A stretch of 64,000 bases of DNA, from contig QPGO01000071.1 in NCBI GenBank assembly GCA_008632985.1, positions 173,516-237,515 on the forward strand, read 5' to 3'. The notes beneath the pieces were generated by a model. The model made no database searches, had not been told where the DNA came from, and worked only from the letters and a program-made list of their open reading frames with translations. Positions within the stretch are counted from its first letter, which is position 1. Each line of letters opens with the position of its first letter. The position numbers were made by a program, and so were the translations under genes. The DNA is from Psammoneis japonica (lineage: Eukaryota). Of the stretch, positions 38,673-51,955 are shown in pieces.

Positions 38673-39441
38673 AGGTTGGTTCATGACTTTGAAAAGTGAG
38701 TTCCGTACCGCACGAATTCTCGTTGTTTCGCTGTAATAGTGTAGCACCCATATCAATATACTAGAACATATCTCATAGCTCTATGCTTGAGCGTTTTTGA
38801 GACAAGTTAGTGATTCATTCAAGAGTCACTAGAACCATGCGTGGGCATCAGACGCCACTCTTGTGTAAGGACCAGGTCAGGGGTTTGCTCCCGCGTTTTC
38901 CCCATACGGGTCAGTCGTCACCATCACTCTAGCTACCGGTAGAGAGCACTCCGGCCGAATATATGCATCATGCATCGTTTTTCTTTGTCTTTGGTGCGTA
39001 CGGCAGGGACTTTTTGAACTTGGTCTGTCGAGTTACAGCTACAGTCATGAGATAGACTACTTCTTAGCTACGCTAGACTTAGTAGCTACTACAGTAGCTG
39101 CTAGCTACTTCTCTACTTCTAGCTAGTAGATTAGAGAGACTCGACTAACGCCCATACCGGTAGGCCCTACTCTCTCTAGCTACCTAGAGAGAGTAGCTAT
39201 TCTCTACTCTCTCTCTCTCTTCAGCTTGAAGCTACTCGAGGGTGCTCACCGCAGTCGGCCAGTCGGGCGGACGGGGATAGTGACAGACACAGACCTGCGG
39301 AGACGTCATTCAGCGCGGCGGAGTTCATCATCAGCCAGCTGTCAGCCAGCACAAAAATTGACGAAAAAATGCCAACGTCGCTGATGGAGGTAATGCTCTG
39401 CCGTCCCTATTAGTAAGACACCTCGTTTGCTCGTTCGAACC

Positions 39442-40425
39442 ATGACAATCATGTTTCAGTCTAGTGTCTTTGAAATCATCGTTGTGCTGTCGGTGCTCTC
39501 GGTGTCGACTGCATTTTTCGTATGCAGAACGTCAACAATTCGCTGCGGCGGCACAGCTCTCGCTGCGAGTTTAGACTTTTACTACAATGTTGACAAGCTC
39601 CCTAGTCGCGAGGGAGACATTCCGGTCCCTCGAAACGATGAGGAATACAACCTACACTATCGCATGTTTCGTCCAATGTCCTTGTCTTCGAGGCAAGCCG
39701 CTCCTGTGGTTGTTTTGCATGGCGGACCGTCACTGCCGTCCGACTACTTGTTGCCACTAGCCAAGGTGGTGCCCTATCGAAGTATCGTCTTTTATGATCA
39801 ATTGGGCTGTGGTGCTTCTGATGAACCTAAAGACTTGTCATGCTATTCCATATCCCAGGCGGTGGACGATTTGCAAGCGCTTCTCAAGAAACTTTCGATT
39901 CGTCAGTTTCATTTGTACGGACAGTCGTTTGGTGGTGTGCTTGCATATGAATATGTAAAGAGAATAGCTGAACAGGAGGATTCTACTGGCGATGAAGAGT
40001 GTCTATCCTTGGTTCTTTCTTCCGCTCCAAGCAGCATCCCAAAGTCATATGCCGACTATGATCGTCTGCTATCGGCCTGTGGTGACCCCGAAACTTTTCG
40101 TCAAACCCATCAGTGCCGTACTCCCGAGCTGCCTGCCCCACTAGCACAAGCCTATGCCAAGGCAGGCACTGTTTGGGGTGGACTGGATGTTGTGGCGGAC
40201 TATGTCGCAGAAGCTCCGTCATGTGCCGAGGCAATAAACAAGCTACCTAGTTGCATGCAGCTATTGGGAGAGTACGATTTCATTATTGATCCTGATTGGA
40301 AAAACATTTGGAGTAAACGGTTTCGGCAAAAAGAATTGTCCGGTTGCAGTCACCACGGGCTCTTGGAAAGCCCGACCATGTATGGTGATACTCTCGAGTC
40401 ATTCTTTACCGAGTATGATCCCTAG
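39442..40425 (+). CDS. Alpha/beta hydrolase, proline iminopeptidase-like
   Basis: VVLHGGP, YDQLGCGAS, YGQSFGG nucleophile elbow, GEYD, SHH. N-terminal signal + AF motif. Confidence 0.9.
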   Translation: MTIMFQSSVFEIIVVLSVLSVSTAFFVCRTSTIRCGGTALAASLDFYYNVDKLPSREGDIPVPRNDEEYNLHYRMFRPMSLSSRQAAPVVVLHGGPSLPSDYLLPLAKVVPYRSIVFYDQLGCGASDEPKDLSCYSISQAVDDLQALLKKLSIRQFHLYGQSFGGVLAYEYVKRIAEQEDSTGDEECLSLVLSSAPSSIPKSYADYDRLLSACGDPETFRQTHQCRTPELPAPLAQAYAKAGTVWGGLDVVADYVAEAPSCAEAINKLPSCMQLLGEYDFIIDPDWKNIWSKRFRQKELSGCSHHGLLESPTMYGDTLESFFTEYDP

Positions 40426-41025
40426 TAGCGGAGGGTTGCTTGAAAAAAGGATTTCTGTGAGACGCAAAATTTGCCTAGTCTTCCCTGACGTGAAAGCTTC
40501 CACTCTTCCTTGACATGCCGAGTTCTGTTTTTCAGTGTTGGTCAAAATGCCCCGGTCTTAAAAAGCATTAAGGAAGGACCACGTCACGCGCGCTGCTCTG
40601 AACATTCCATCGCAGCGTGGAGAAAGGAACCAAAGGCTCCGATGCTTGCATCCCCTTCTCGTCCAGTTGGATGTGGGCAGTACTCGTGCTTACCGTAAGA
40701 TGCGCAGTCCAGAGCACACCAATCCCAAGCGCAAAAGAAGTATGTAGAGTTGCAAACACACAAGAGTAGAAGTACTAATAGTCTCTCTTGACTCCAAAGG
40801 TTCAGTAGCTTTTGCTCCGATCTTTTTGCGTCTGGCCTGCGTTGCGGGGCGATCTTTGCTCTCGCGAGTATCGCGCGCGCTGACGGATCTCGCGATCTTT
40901 TCGCGAGTCAACACGCACTTCTGTTGTTTTTCTTCACCATGGGCACGGCAAGTTCGTTAGGTAGATCGCCGTCTCCGTCTCGCGAGATATTGTAAACTAC
41001 AATCACCATAAGCCTGCGATCTCAC

Positions 41026-42159
41026 ATGTCGACTGCTAGTAGGAAAACTGCAAGTACAACAGCTTCTCATGATCCACCCAGGAGGGTAATCATAGCCGGC
41101 GCTGGTGTTGTCGGGATCTCCACCGCCTACTATCTTGCGCGTAACCACAACATTCCATGCACCGTCATTGATCCGACGGGTATGATTGCACCCGCAGCAT
41201 CAGGCAAAGCCGCCGGATTCCTGGCTCTTGATTGGAGAGATGGTAGTGGGCCCCTTGAGCATCTTTGTAGACGTTCCTTTGCGTTGCATCAAGAAATTGC
41301 GGACGCCGTCGGTGCCGACACGATTCAGTATCGCCGAGTCAAGTGTGCCTTTGTTTCACTCGACAAGAAGAAATCAAGGCGAAAACGAAAGCGAACAATA
41401 TCGTGGCTCGATGTACAGGACGTGGACGCTGATTTTGTGGGGGACGAGGAGAGTTTGGCTCAAGTTCACCCAAAGATGTTATGCGAACGTCTATGGGAAG
41501 CGACTCTACAGAACAGTGATTCTACTTTATTACGTGGTAGAGTTGTTGGGCATGTACACAACAATGATGGGAACTTTGCTGGTGCCAAGATGCAAGACGG
41601 AAGTACTATCCCCGGAGATGCTCTACTCTATGCATGTGGTCCCTGGACGGCAGACAAAGTTACTGGTAGTAAGGCTCATAGCGTGCTTCTCACCATGAAG
41701 CAAGTTGAAAAGGAATGCGTATTCTTTACGGGTGGAAAGGACGGTGACTTTGAAGCCTTTGTGCGCCCAGATGGCACAGTCTTTTGTGCAGGCTTTTCTG
41801 GTGGAGATGCAGATGTAAACGTCACGGAGCGTCCTGGAGAAGAAGCGACAGACCAAAAAGCCTGTCAGGCACTTGTGGAAAACATAAACAAGGTAGCTTC
41901 CTCCTCAATATTGTCATCTGAACGTGGACGTGCTTGCTATCAACCAACGACACCTGATGATCTTCCAATGATGGGAGAATTGGAGGATGACAAATGCTAC
42001 GTTGCTGTCGGTCACTCGTGTTGGGGAATCTTAATGGGTCCCGCCACAGGAGAGACAATGGCGAATCTTATTGCAACCGGCACAAAGAGTACAAGCCATG
42101 TGAACCTTCGTCCCTTTAATCCGTTGCGTTTTGGTCCATTGAACATGGTGCCGGAGTGA
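41026..42159 (+). CDS. FAD-dependent oxidoreductase (DAO/glycine oxidase family)
   Basis: IIAGAGVVG, AASGKAAGFLA, ACGPW, ACYQP, GHSCWGILMGPATG. Confidence 0.92.
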   Translation: MSTASRKTASTTASHDPPRRVIIAGAGVVGISTAYYLARNHNIPCTVIDPTGMIAPAASGKAAGFLALDWRDGSGPLEHLCRRSFALHQEIADAVGADTIQYRRVKCAFVSLDKKKSRRKRKRTISWLDVQDVDADFVGDEESLAQVHPKMLCERLWEATLQNSDSTLLRGRVVGHVHNNDGNFAGAKMQDGSTIPGDALLYACGPWTADKVTGSKAHSVLLTMKQVEKECVFFTGGKDGDFEAFVRPDGTVFCAGFSGGDADVNVTERPGEEATDQKACQALVENINKVASSSILSSERGRACYQPTTPDDLPMMGELEDDKCYVAVGHSCWGILMGPATGETMANLIATGTKSTSHVNLRPFNPLRFGPLNMVPE

Positions 42160-42646
42160 AACCAAGTCATTTCAGAAGCAGCAGAGCTTATGTCGGAATG
42201 AAAAAAAGGCTCCGCCGTTTTCTAAGGCTCCTCGTGAGATCAGAAGATACTGCTGGATTGGCGAGAGGACAAGGATGAAGCCTATTTCTGACTAGCTCCA
42301 AGCTAGGCCTCGAGACTTCCTCGTTTACCATACTCTGCTCGGTGCTAAAGAGTAGACGTACTACTCCCGCCTTCTCTCGCAACCTTCGAGAGGAGAGTGT
42401 CACGAGGTCGTCGTCGTCACGAGCGCCGTACGTCGCGCGGATGCATGCGCGCGACCGCGTTTTCGACACAGTCTAACCGGCGTCCGTGGTTGGTCCGCGC
42501 AACGCAGATACTGTAGATGACCAACACGCACGACCACGCACTTGTCATCTCGCACTTTTTCGTGGCGCTATTCTTTTTTACACCGTGTTCTGAAGGCTTG
42601 CGGTGCATCTTATGCTTTCAATACCCAGCACTTGGAATTGATATCC

Positions 42647-44044
42647 ATGAAGAGGCTGTTCGTCGCGGCTCTATTCTGTGCATTTGTTGCATGCAGGACA
42701 GCGGCGTTTAGCGTAAGCACCGCGCAAAGTACAACCGTCAAGACCGAGTCGTCGTCGTCGTCGTCGTCGTCGCTGATATCAGACCTTGTTCAGCGAGAAC
42801 ACGACGACGAATTTGAGAGAGGAAGAGGCTTTTTCGGCTCCAGCGGGGATCTCAGTCGTGACCGCCAATCGTGGTCAGACGCGGATTTCAAGTCTTATAG
42901 TGTCGATGTAGGATGCGCTGGGCCAGATGAGCACTTGATGCGCAATGGAAACAAAGTGTTCGAGTCGGTAGCTCCAGTTTTGACCAAGCAAGAGTGTCAT
43001 GCCCTTATCGAAGAAGCTCGGGAAGCGATCGCTACAGGGCTTGCGACAGAAACACGTTCGCTTGGACGAGAACGGACAAACAGTGAACTTGGAGAGGCCC
43101 GTGTATCGACCCTGCCTCGAGCACGAGAATTTCTCAGCAAAGCTCTTCGTGAGAGGCTCTTTCCATTGCTAGAATCCCGTTTTGGAATTGACGACGAACT
43201 TACGGTGTACGATGCGTTGATTCTTGGAGTGATTGCACCTTCTCGTTCGCAACCCGTTCACCGCGATGCCTCGTTGGTGACCATCAACATTGCGCTTTCT
43301 CCTTTAGATTCATATGTTGGAGGAGGAACTTATTTTGAAGGTCTTGAAGGCGGACCGAAGCAGATCGAGCAAGGTCACCTTCTCTGTCATGCGAGCGGAA
43401 TGATGCATGCCGGTGTTTCAATCAGCTCCGGAGAGCGATGGGTACTTGTCCTATTTCTAATTTCCAAAAACAATAACCAGCTGGCACGCCGTTCTCATGC
43501 TCTTGGCCTACGAGCTTTTGAGAAAGACCTGGACAGGGCATCGGAGGCGTTCGAGGCGGGCCTCAAGGCTGCTCCAAAAGACCACCTCCTTCACACTGGT
43601 CTAGCAAGTGTCTTGTCAGAAAAAGGAGATAAGCTGTCTGCTGTTTCAATGTTAACGATCGCAGGTGACGAATACCCGCTGTGTCAGAAAGCCTTGATTG
43701 GGTCGGCGAAAATGATGCTTGAACAGCGGAGACCGCGAGCCGCGCTGAGACGGTTTGACAAGGCACTAGAGCAAATTGGAGATCGTGATTTGCTCGAAGA
43801 TGCCTGGCTTCCTTTGCGTGCAACGGGTTGGGATACACGCGTGCAGGCTGCCCGGTGTGCTCTTCTTTGTGCAGAGCATGAGGCATCGACAAAAGACAGC
43901 GGGTTGAGGAGTTGGTCAGCGGAACGATTGCCAGAAGCGATAGAAAGGCTGCGGATTGCTCTCGCCCCTGCACCAGACGACCCGCGCCTCGTTGGTATGC
44001 TGGCACGAGCAGAAACTTTGCTCAAAGAAGCCAGGACGGATTAA
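42647..44044 (+). CDS. 2OG-Fe(II) oxygenase (prolyl/lysyl hydroxylase-like) with C-terminal TPR repeats, probably plastid-targeted
   Basis: MKRLF...TAAF presequence; HRDASLVTINIAL, GGGTYF, HAG...GERWVLVLF; TPR-like helices after. Confidence 0.85.
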   Translation: MKRLFVAALFCAFVACRTAAFSVSTAQSTTVKTESSSSSSSSLISDLVQREHDDEFERGRGFFGSSGDLSRDRQSWSDADFKSYSVDVGCAGPDEHLMRNGNKVFESVAPVLTKQECHALIEEAREAIATGLATETRSLGRERTNSELGEARVSTLPRAREFLSKALRERLFPLLESRFGIDDELTVYDALILGVIAPSRSQPVHRDASLVTINIALSPLDSYVGGGTYFEGLEGGPKQIEQGHLLCHASGMMHAGVSISSGERWVLVLFLISKNNNQLARRSHALGLRAFEKDLDRASEAFEAGLKAAPKDHLLHTGLASVLSEKGDKLSAVSMLTIAGDEYPLCQKALIGSAKMMLEQRRPRAALRRFDKALEQIGDRDLLEDAWLPLRATGWDTRVQAARCALLCAEHEASTKDSGLRSWSAERLPEAIERLRIALAPAPDDPRLVGMLARAETLLKEARTD

Positions 44045-44436
44045 AGTGTCTCGTGTTGCCTAGACTGCATCTCGTCATCTCGAAAAGGAGATTTACTGTG
44101 GAAAATCGATCCAGATGTAGTCATTCGCCACTTCGCCTTGGACGGAAACCCGTCGTTTCCAATCGCTTGGTCATTTGTTGTGATGTGACTTGCTAACGGC
44201 CGGAATTGCAACAAGCATGACAGACTTCAGGCTTTAGTCTGTGGGTAGACTGAACGGCTTGCATGAACACTGCAAGTGTGGGGCAAGGTTTTGGCTCAAA
44301 ATAGTCTTGGCACCAAAGCTCCCCGGGAGCCCTTTTTTATGCAGTCAACTTGCAACTATCATACGGTCAGGTGTAGCGACCCATTATAGCGAGGAAAAGC
44401 GTATTTAAAGTTTGTTAAAAAATAAATGTTGATGAA

Positions 44437-47359
44437 CTACGCGAAGACACTTGAGGACTGCATCGCATGAAGATGTGCGTTGCGCCCACGCAACAGCGAA
44501 TCGTGCAATGACTCTGGAAGCAAATCTTTTCTTGTGATAATACCGACTACTTGATTATTGTGGTTCACAACACACAGAGATCGCAGTCCAAGGGTACGAA
44601 ACAATCGATAGGTTCGCTAAGGAAAGAAAAAGATGAAATTAACGTCAGAAGTCTGAGCAAGGGCGAATTGTGGGGCGCAAAGATTGTCGGTGCAGCTTGT
44701 TCTTACCTGAATGGATGCTGTCTCATTGACAGTGTAAGGCGCAGTATTGGCGTAGGGCCTCAAGTCTAGCCAACAGTTTCTATCACCACTCCTCATTTCT
44801 ACATCATCAATTGTGGGATACTTCGGATACGCCCTCTCGATTGTATCCCATTGCACAAGGGGACTCAGCCTTCGTGGACCGAGTGCCTCACACCCTCCGC
44901 CATTGGGTTGATCATAATCTCCCAAGTCATCCGGTTGTCCAAAGGCGCGGCGCTGCAACAGCGTACAGAGCATGGAACGGCTTGCGGTACCATACAATGT
45001 TCCACCAGTTGCTGTGTCGACAATGGGAAAGATACCGTGGGAGCACGACCGGAGCAAATCGTAAACGACGCCAGCACGTTCCACTGGGCGCAGACACTTG
45101 ACCTCAGTTCTCATGACTTGCCCCGCTACGATCTCATGCCGATCGGCAATGTTGGGGACCTCCTCTTCCAAAAACGGGATGTTCTTGAGCTTAATGTGAA
45201 TGTCATAGAGACCCTCGTTGAAGACGTTACCGGTGAATCGTGCCGCCATGAGGGTCAACATGAGCGGCAAGACATATTGCATGTCGCCAGTGGCCTCAAG
45301 TAGAATAACAGTAAGAGATATCGTCATGCGCGCCATACCACCCAATACCGCCGCCGCACCCATGAGGGCATAGGTTCCACTGTCGGCAAACGTTCCCGAG
45401 GTGTGGTCCAACTTGTGCAGCAAGTGACCGCATAGACGTCCAAACGCAGCGCCGGATAAGAGCGAAGGTACAAACAAACCCGATGGCACGGCGATACCGT
45501 ACACAACGGTCGCCAAACTGATGTAAGGCAAAAAGAAGAGAAACAATGCAGCTGATGAAAATGTACTGACGTCGTTGCTTCCTGATTCCCGAAAGTGAAA
45601 GAGTTGTTTAATCGCCGTATCGGCTTCGGTGAAAATAAGTGACGCCACCTCGTTGTACTCCTCTCCTTCTTTGCAGCGAAAGGAAACTAGAGCATTAACC
45701 AAATCCTAAATTACATCAAGAAGACTCTTTTTCGTGAGCAGCGCGAACAGAACGGGAGCAGAACGGAAGCAAATCACTACATGATCACTCACCTTTTCTT
45801 GATTGCTCCAATCCTGCATGTCAGTAGGGAGTGGAGTGCATCGGTTCCACAATACAGGCATAAGGAACGAAATCAATGTTACAACTAAACTAACACCAAT
45901 CACTTCCATAAACCGTCGGCATTTGGAGAAGTTGATATTCTTCATTCTCCATATCGTCAAGTGTTCGTTTGCAGCATTAAACACAGCTCCGATCAATCCT
46001 CCCAACGATCCAATGACGATAAAGAGAAGTAACTCCCAGATTGCAAAGTTTGAATTGTCTCCACTGTCGATCAAGTAAGTTGATACAAGGCGTGAGCCAA
46101 GTGAAAATAGCGACGCAGGTACAGATAATACAATGCACACAAACTCACGTCAAGCTGTTGAATTCACCAAACGAGAATAGCTTCTCCACATTCGCTTGTC
46201 CCCACATTGAGTCAAAATTCCGGACGGCAAACAACGTCCCCAAGGTAATCATGGCACAAAAGAAAGCTCTCCAAGTCAATTTGGTACTCCAGTATGATGC
46301 ACCCTCTTCCAAACTAAACAGCACGCCACCAATGGGCGCACCAAACGCAGAAGCGACACCGGCGGCAGCACCGCACGCCACAAAGTCTCTCTTTTCTCGG
46401 TCGTTTCGGAAATCAGAAAACCGTGAAAACGATGTGTCTACTCCCCAGAACTTGGTTCGGCCCTGACTAATGCCGGACGCCACAACCGCACCCGAATGAA
46501 CCATGGGTCCTGCAAAGCAAAACAAAATCATAAAGTTGAGAACCGCACGTACCTGCGAATCGGTATTCACACAAGAATACTCACCTTCCTTTCCGACGGG
46601 CAGTCCAGCTGCCACTGAAAACGTTACACCCACCACTTTGCACACAAGCGTCTTGAAGCGCGTCACCCGAGGCAAGTCAATTCCGTTGAGAAAGCACTTG
46701 ATTTCTGGAATTCCCGAGCCACCCGAAACCGGTTCCAGATACACAAATAAGGAAGCAATAGCAGCAAATAGAGTCTGATAAAATAAAAAGGCTAGAAATG
46801 CAGATCCACCAAAGGACGAATTGGTCGCTTCCGTGTCTCTCGCAGTGTCTGAATACGTCGCATCGTCGTCCACCACAAACATATCGTCTTCCTTCACAGA
46901 CGCGGCGGCGCTACTGCTGGACGAAGCCACACCCTGCTGCAGCAATTCATACACGGTATCATACTTTTTGCGACTCAGTAGTTTGGTAGCAAAGTTACAA
47001 AAGCACGCCAAACACCCCTGAATAATGCCCACCACCAAGGTCAGTGCCCAACGCTTGAGAGCACGTTTCTTTCCGGTAGTCCACCACTGTCCGCGGTTGG
47101 AAAAATGCAACTGAGCCACGTAGGCACGCCATACTTCGGACTCGTCGGGTTCGTAATTGTGTGATTGAATCGTAGACGATTCTGACGCATGTTGCAAGCT
47201 CTTGTACAGCGTACCACCACCTCCATACCCATCACCTCGAAGCGATCGTGGTTCGTCCTTGTAATGACCCATGGCCAAGTCTCCAAACGAATCTTCATCT
47301 TCATCGTCATCATGATCAATTCCGTTTAAGGAATGATGAGAGTGATGTTCTTCTGTCAT
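44437..47359 (-). CDS. CLC chloride/proton transporter (CLC-6/7-like) with CBS domains, multi-exon
   Basis: [65 protein letters not shown] region, last exon [12 protein letters not shown]...GIITRKDL. Confidence 0.95.
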
Positions 47360-47826
47360 TATATTAAAATACACTCAGCAACAACAAACAACACAACATA
47401 GACAAGAAACAACAACAGCAAAAGCCGCAGAGCAACAAAATGCGAAATGCGAAACGAAAAAAAGCGTGGGACGTTTACATCCTAGCGTTTTATAATGACA
47501 AAATCAATATGTTTTGAGTTGATAAAATTTACCCACGAATGATAAGAATCCCATTTATCAGCGGTGTACCGGGTAGTAGTGTGGTAGTGTGCCGTTCATG
47601 TGGGTGCGTACGTTGAGATTCCCAAATCGTGTTCGAGGATCCTTGAACATACAGTAGGGCCCTATTATTATTAGGGCCCAACTCTGCTAGAGTAGAGTCG
47701 TCTAGAGTAGAGTAGAAAGTAAGGTAGGTAGAACGTTAAAGAAAAGTTACAAACGCTACGTTTTAGTGAATGCATCAGTGATAAAGTGACAGTATGAACA
47801 ATTGAGTCGAGCATTGTCGTGTGTGA

Positions 47827-49121
47827 TCAGTGGCTAAACACCATTTCCTCTTCTTCTTGTCTAGCGGCAGGAAATAGAGTGACTTTTCGCCAAAAGTGTT
47901 TCATTGCTTTTCCTCCCTCACTTTGCCGTGATGGGCGGAGATAAGTCAAGCCTCGACGTGGACTGGCATCATCCGCAAAGACTTGTCCTTCTTTCGAGAC
48001 GTTCATCGAAGAACTTGCAAATTCAGTGAATCGACGTTGCTGTTGTAGTTTATTCAATTCAGATAATACTGTTGTAAAGCTTGGTCGAGACCGCGGGGAA
48101 CTCTGCCAGCAGGCTTGAAGTAGCATTCTCAGAGACCGATTGTTGCCAATTTCATTCAAGGCGGTCGTTCATGTCCGTAGGCTACTCGTTGTCGCAGTTC
48201 CCGGCTCCCAACCATGTCGGCAAACGGTTTCTGGAGTGTACAAATTTCATGCAAGAGGATTCCAAATGAATAAACATCCGCGGGTAGTCCATAATTTTGA
48301 CATATGGCAACTTCTGGTGCCATGTACCGAGGCGAACCAACGGGACGTCCAATTTCAATACAATGCAAGGGTCTAGCCAAGCCCAGGTCGAAAATTTTGA
48401 TCCGTCCCATGCCATCAAATCCACAATTGGCCGGCTTCAAATCACGAAACAGTATGCCATGTGAATGCATATACTCCATGGCTCGGGCAATACTCTTTGC
48501 GATTGTTTCTACCCTCTCATGCATGGCTCCCGCATCAAAGTGCCTTCGTTTGGAACGCTTTGTTAACGCCATCTTGTCTGACATTGTGTACCACTTTGCA
48601 GATTGTATTCTCTCTTCTAATCTCAATCGTTCCTGTGTCAAAAATTGCCCCAGCGTTTGAATCAAATAGTCCAAGACTAAAAAGCCGTCGCAGGCTTGAA
48701 GCGATTCTTCAAACGATCCAGCATTGACGCCGTGTAGCGTTATAATGTTTTCGTGCTGCAAACTGGCAAGTATTCTCGCTTCAATCGCCATGTCTACAGC
48801 TCCCGCCAAACACTGTCCCTTGTTTTCTTTGGCGAGTACGTCTGGTCGAAGCACCTTGATGGCTAGTAGCGATGATTCGTCGGCGGTTTTTTCATCGTTC
48901 TGTGGTTGTTCTTGTGTGTTTTTGAGTTGCACCTGATAGACAGCCGCAAAAGTACCGGTACCCAGCAGACTTCCTACTTGAACATGTGTCCAATCCAAGC
49001 TAAGGACCGAGCCATTATCAGATGGTAGATTTGAAAGAGTATCAAATTCATTCACTCGCTGAATTGCAACATGAGCTAATTCTTCCGTGGTGAGAGCATT
49101 TCTGTTTTCTTCTTGCGGCAT
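47827..49121 (-). CDS. Protein kinase (TKL-like), frameshift near 48158
   Basis: LGTGTFAAV, AIK, FRDLKPAN, DLG, GSPRYMAPE, DVYSFG, CW...RPSF. Confidence 0.9.
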
Positions 49122-49432
49122 TTTTTTTTGACGACAGGCTGAAACTCCGTAGAAAAAAATCAATTGTATTCACTTTTAGCTAGAAGCGTCTCTGGATATA
49201 GTACTTAGGGAAAGCCTTGCACAAAAAAACAAAAACAATAAGTGACAACACTTCAAAAGGATGTGGTTGGAGGGAGTTCTTCTTTGCTCTTTGCGCAGTG
49301 ATGTCGTCGCCATGTTGTGAGTTGTGAAGCCTTCAGCGATCATTCGTGCCACAAACGTAGCTTTCTACGTAAAATTCATATGCTGACGTGTCCCGACTTT
49401 CGAGGACGGCGAAGTAAGTGTTCCAGAATGTT

Positions 49433-49667
49433 NNNNNNNNNNNNNNNNNNNNNNNNNNNNNNNNNNNNNNNNNNNNNNNNNNNNNNNNNNNNNNNNNNNN
49501 NNNNNNNNNNNNNNNNNNNNNNNNNNNNNNNNNNNNNNNNNNNNNNNNNNNNNNNNNNNNNNNNNNNNNNNNNNNNNNNNNNNNNNNNNNNNNNNNNNNN
49601 NNNNNNNNNNNNNNNNNNNNNNNNNNNNNNNNNNNNNNNNNNNNNNNNNNNNNNNNNNNNNNNNNNN
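49433..49667. other. Assembly gap (235 N)
   Basis: Run of N. Confidence 1.
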
Positions 49668-50087
49668 GTACAGAAGAGCCATTCCACCAATGCCGTTGTA
49701 GCACGCTGTAGGGCCTACTACACATCATAACACCGGTACCTTACCGTGTTATCTTACTGAGACTTTCAATTACGGTAGGCATTCTTAGTCTGTGCTCTCT
49801 ATTGGTAGAGCTTTACGTTAAACTAGCTATTTGATGGTGCTAAAGTAGTGTGCGACACTACTGTAACAAGCGACATAGTTGGTGTACCTTTCAAAATTGG
49901 ACCGTTTGTCGTTGTCTGTTGGCGGCCAAACGAAGAAGGTCAAGGTCCGCCCGATTTCTAGCCTCATCACCTCAGGTTAAAAAGAAGAGTCCATAGCAGC
50001 CACGGCGAAGGCCTGTTCCCACGATCGCAACGAATTCTAGATCCATGTTGAGAAATACTCCCTCCATGTGAATCTTTGAGAAAATCT

Positions 50088-51955
50088 TCACCGTCGATGC
50101 TGTTCCCAGATAATGTGTGAGATACAGCATGCGCCGTTTTCTTTTGACACATTCTCGCCTGAATAGAAACATCCACAACTAGCCCCACGTTGCTACGTTG
50201 TGATTGTCCATCCAGTTCACCTTGTCCATTGGTCAGTCGCGACTTGACAAGACTAGAAAGGGCGCCACCGCCCATCATCCTAACATCGTCCAGGGTGTTA
50301 TCTTGGCGTTTGTGGGAATTTCCAAGAGAACACAAGTCTGTCGTTTCAGATATACACCAACGCCATCGATACCGGTCACTTTCGCAGCCTTTTCACCGCC
50401 GACGACAAAGGTCAAATCTTTATCCAATCGACACGCTTGATCTCCGCGTTTGTTGTTGGCTTCACAAATGACGAGCGAGTCGTCAAACCACGTTCGAGCA
50501 TCCGTGAGACTGCTAGAGTCTTGACTGATGAGGGACCTTCATACGGCAGCCATAACCGTAACGGACCGCTATCTGGAATCCCATACAATGCCACCTTCAT
50601 GTCGACATAACCCAATCCTCCACAATTTTCCACCTTTTTCTTGGTGTCGCGTTCCACCTTGTCCACGTCCAACACCCACCCCGACTTGTAGAGTCAAGAC
50701 TTGGTTCCATCATGAGGTCTCTCATTTGCTCCAAATCAGCGATACCAGACACCACTACAGAAGGAAGGACCCGATTCTCATCGATGCGGGCAGAAAGGAA
50801 GTCCGGCAAGAAATTTCATTGAGAATATACTCATCCGCATTGGTTTGGGGGTGTCCATACAAGAGGTGGGTCAGTGATTCATCTCCAGAAGGTGGCTGGA
50901 AATTGGTGGTGGAAATACAAGGTTGCTTTGTTCTTGTTCCGCGTACTGGCTTTCCAATCATCAATGTGCGTCATGACTTCAATGGCTCCTTCCATTGCCT
51001 CGACCAATGCATGGCAATCATCCATCCGATAAGTTCGTGTTCCTTTTTCTTTGGATGCCAAGAACTTTGCCAGGGCATCCATCTGGTGCACCAAATTGAT
51101 CCCATCTTGAAATCCCAAAGGGCGTTCTTGGTTTGGTTTCTCCAGCATGGCCTGGTCCACCAAGTTCTTGCCACGATTGACACGAATCGCATCCTTGACA
51201 ATATCCATCTCCACATACTTTTTCAGTAGATCGCTTCGTTGTCGGTTGCTATCCACCAAGATAAACATGGGTCTGTTGGAAAGCTGCATTCCCCGTCGAA
51301 GAAACGATTCCATAGCACTTGCTCCGTTGCCCTCGTTCATTCCATAATCCCATGATACAACGTCGGCTTCATCGCCTAAGAAATGCTCCAGACACCACCC
51401 ATATGGAAATGACGGAATACCACCAATGGCTGCATTCTTGACACCAAATCAATGCCCAGTGACTTTTTCATGGGTTCTTTCAGAATCCGTTCCAACACGA
51501 GAGGAAACGACTCGTGAAAATGATTTCCACGTCCCACCGTGACGGAATACCCCGAAAAGGCAACGTAAAAGGGTCGTCCGAGGGCGGCGGCACGAAGCAT
51601 GCGTTCTGCCGTCACGTATATTTCTCCATGGCTCTCAATACCTCGGCCAAGCATGGCCTCGGCTGCGACTCGACCTCCGTAACGTTTGTAAAATTCCTCC
51701 TTGAATTTCTCAATAATCATACTCGGTTCTGGAATGTCCGGCAGTGATTCTACATACTTTGATTCGTGTTCTGATTGTGTTTGTCGGGTGGAACAACTTT
51801 TGGGAAGACCGTAGCGCAAAGACGAGATAGACTCCCATGATAGTTATCGAAAGAACAAACAACATGCGTGGGGTGCGCTTATTGTTTGCCCGTCGTACTC
51901 CACGTCGATCCAACGGGAGAGTCTTTCGCGAGAAGGGCCTGGAACGATTATGCAT
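50088..51955 (-). CDS. Type-II membrane hypothetical protein with SGNH-hydrolase-like domain; several frameshifts
   Basis: N-terminal TM (MLFVLSITIMGVYLVFAL), AFSGYSVTVGRGN, AAIGGIPSFPYGWC, DVVSWDYGMNEG; ends ...CCISHIIWEQHRR*. Confidence 0.6.

Noticed and set aside
49317..49730. ORFs spanning the N run
   Set aside because: Gap artefacts.
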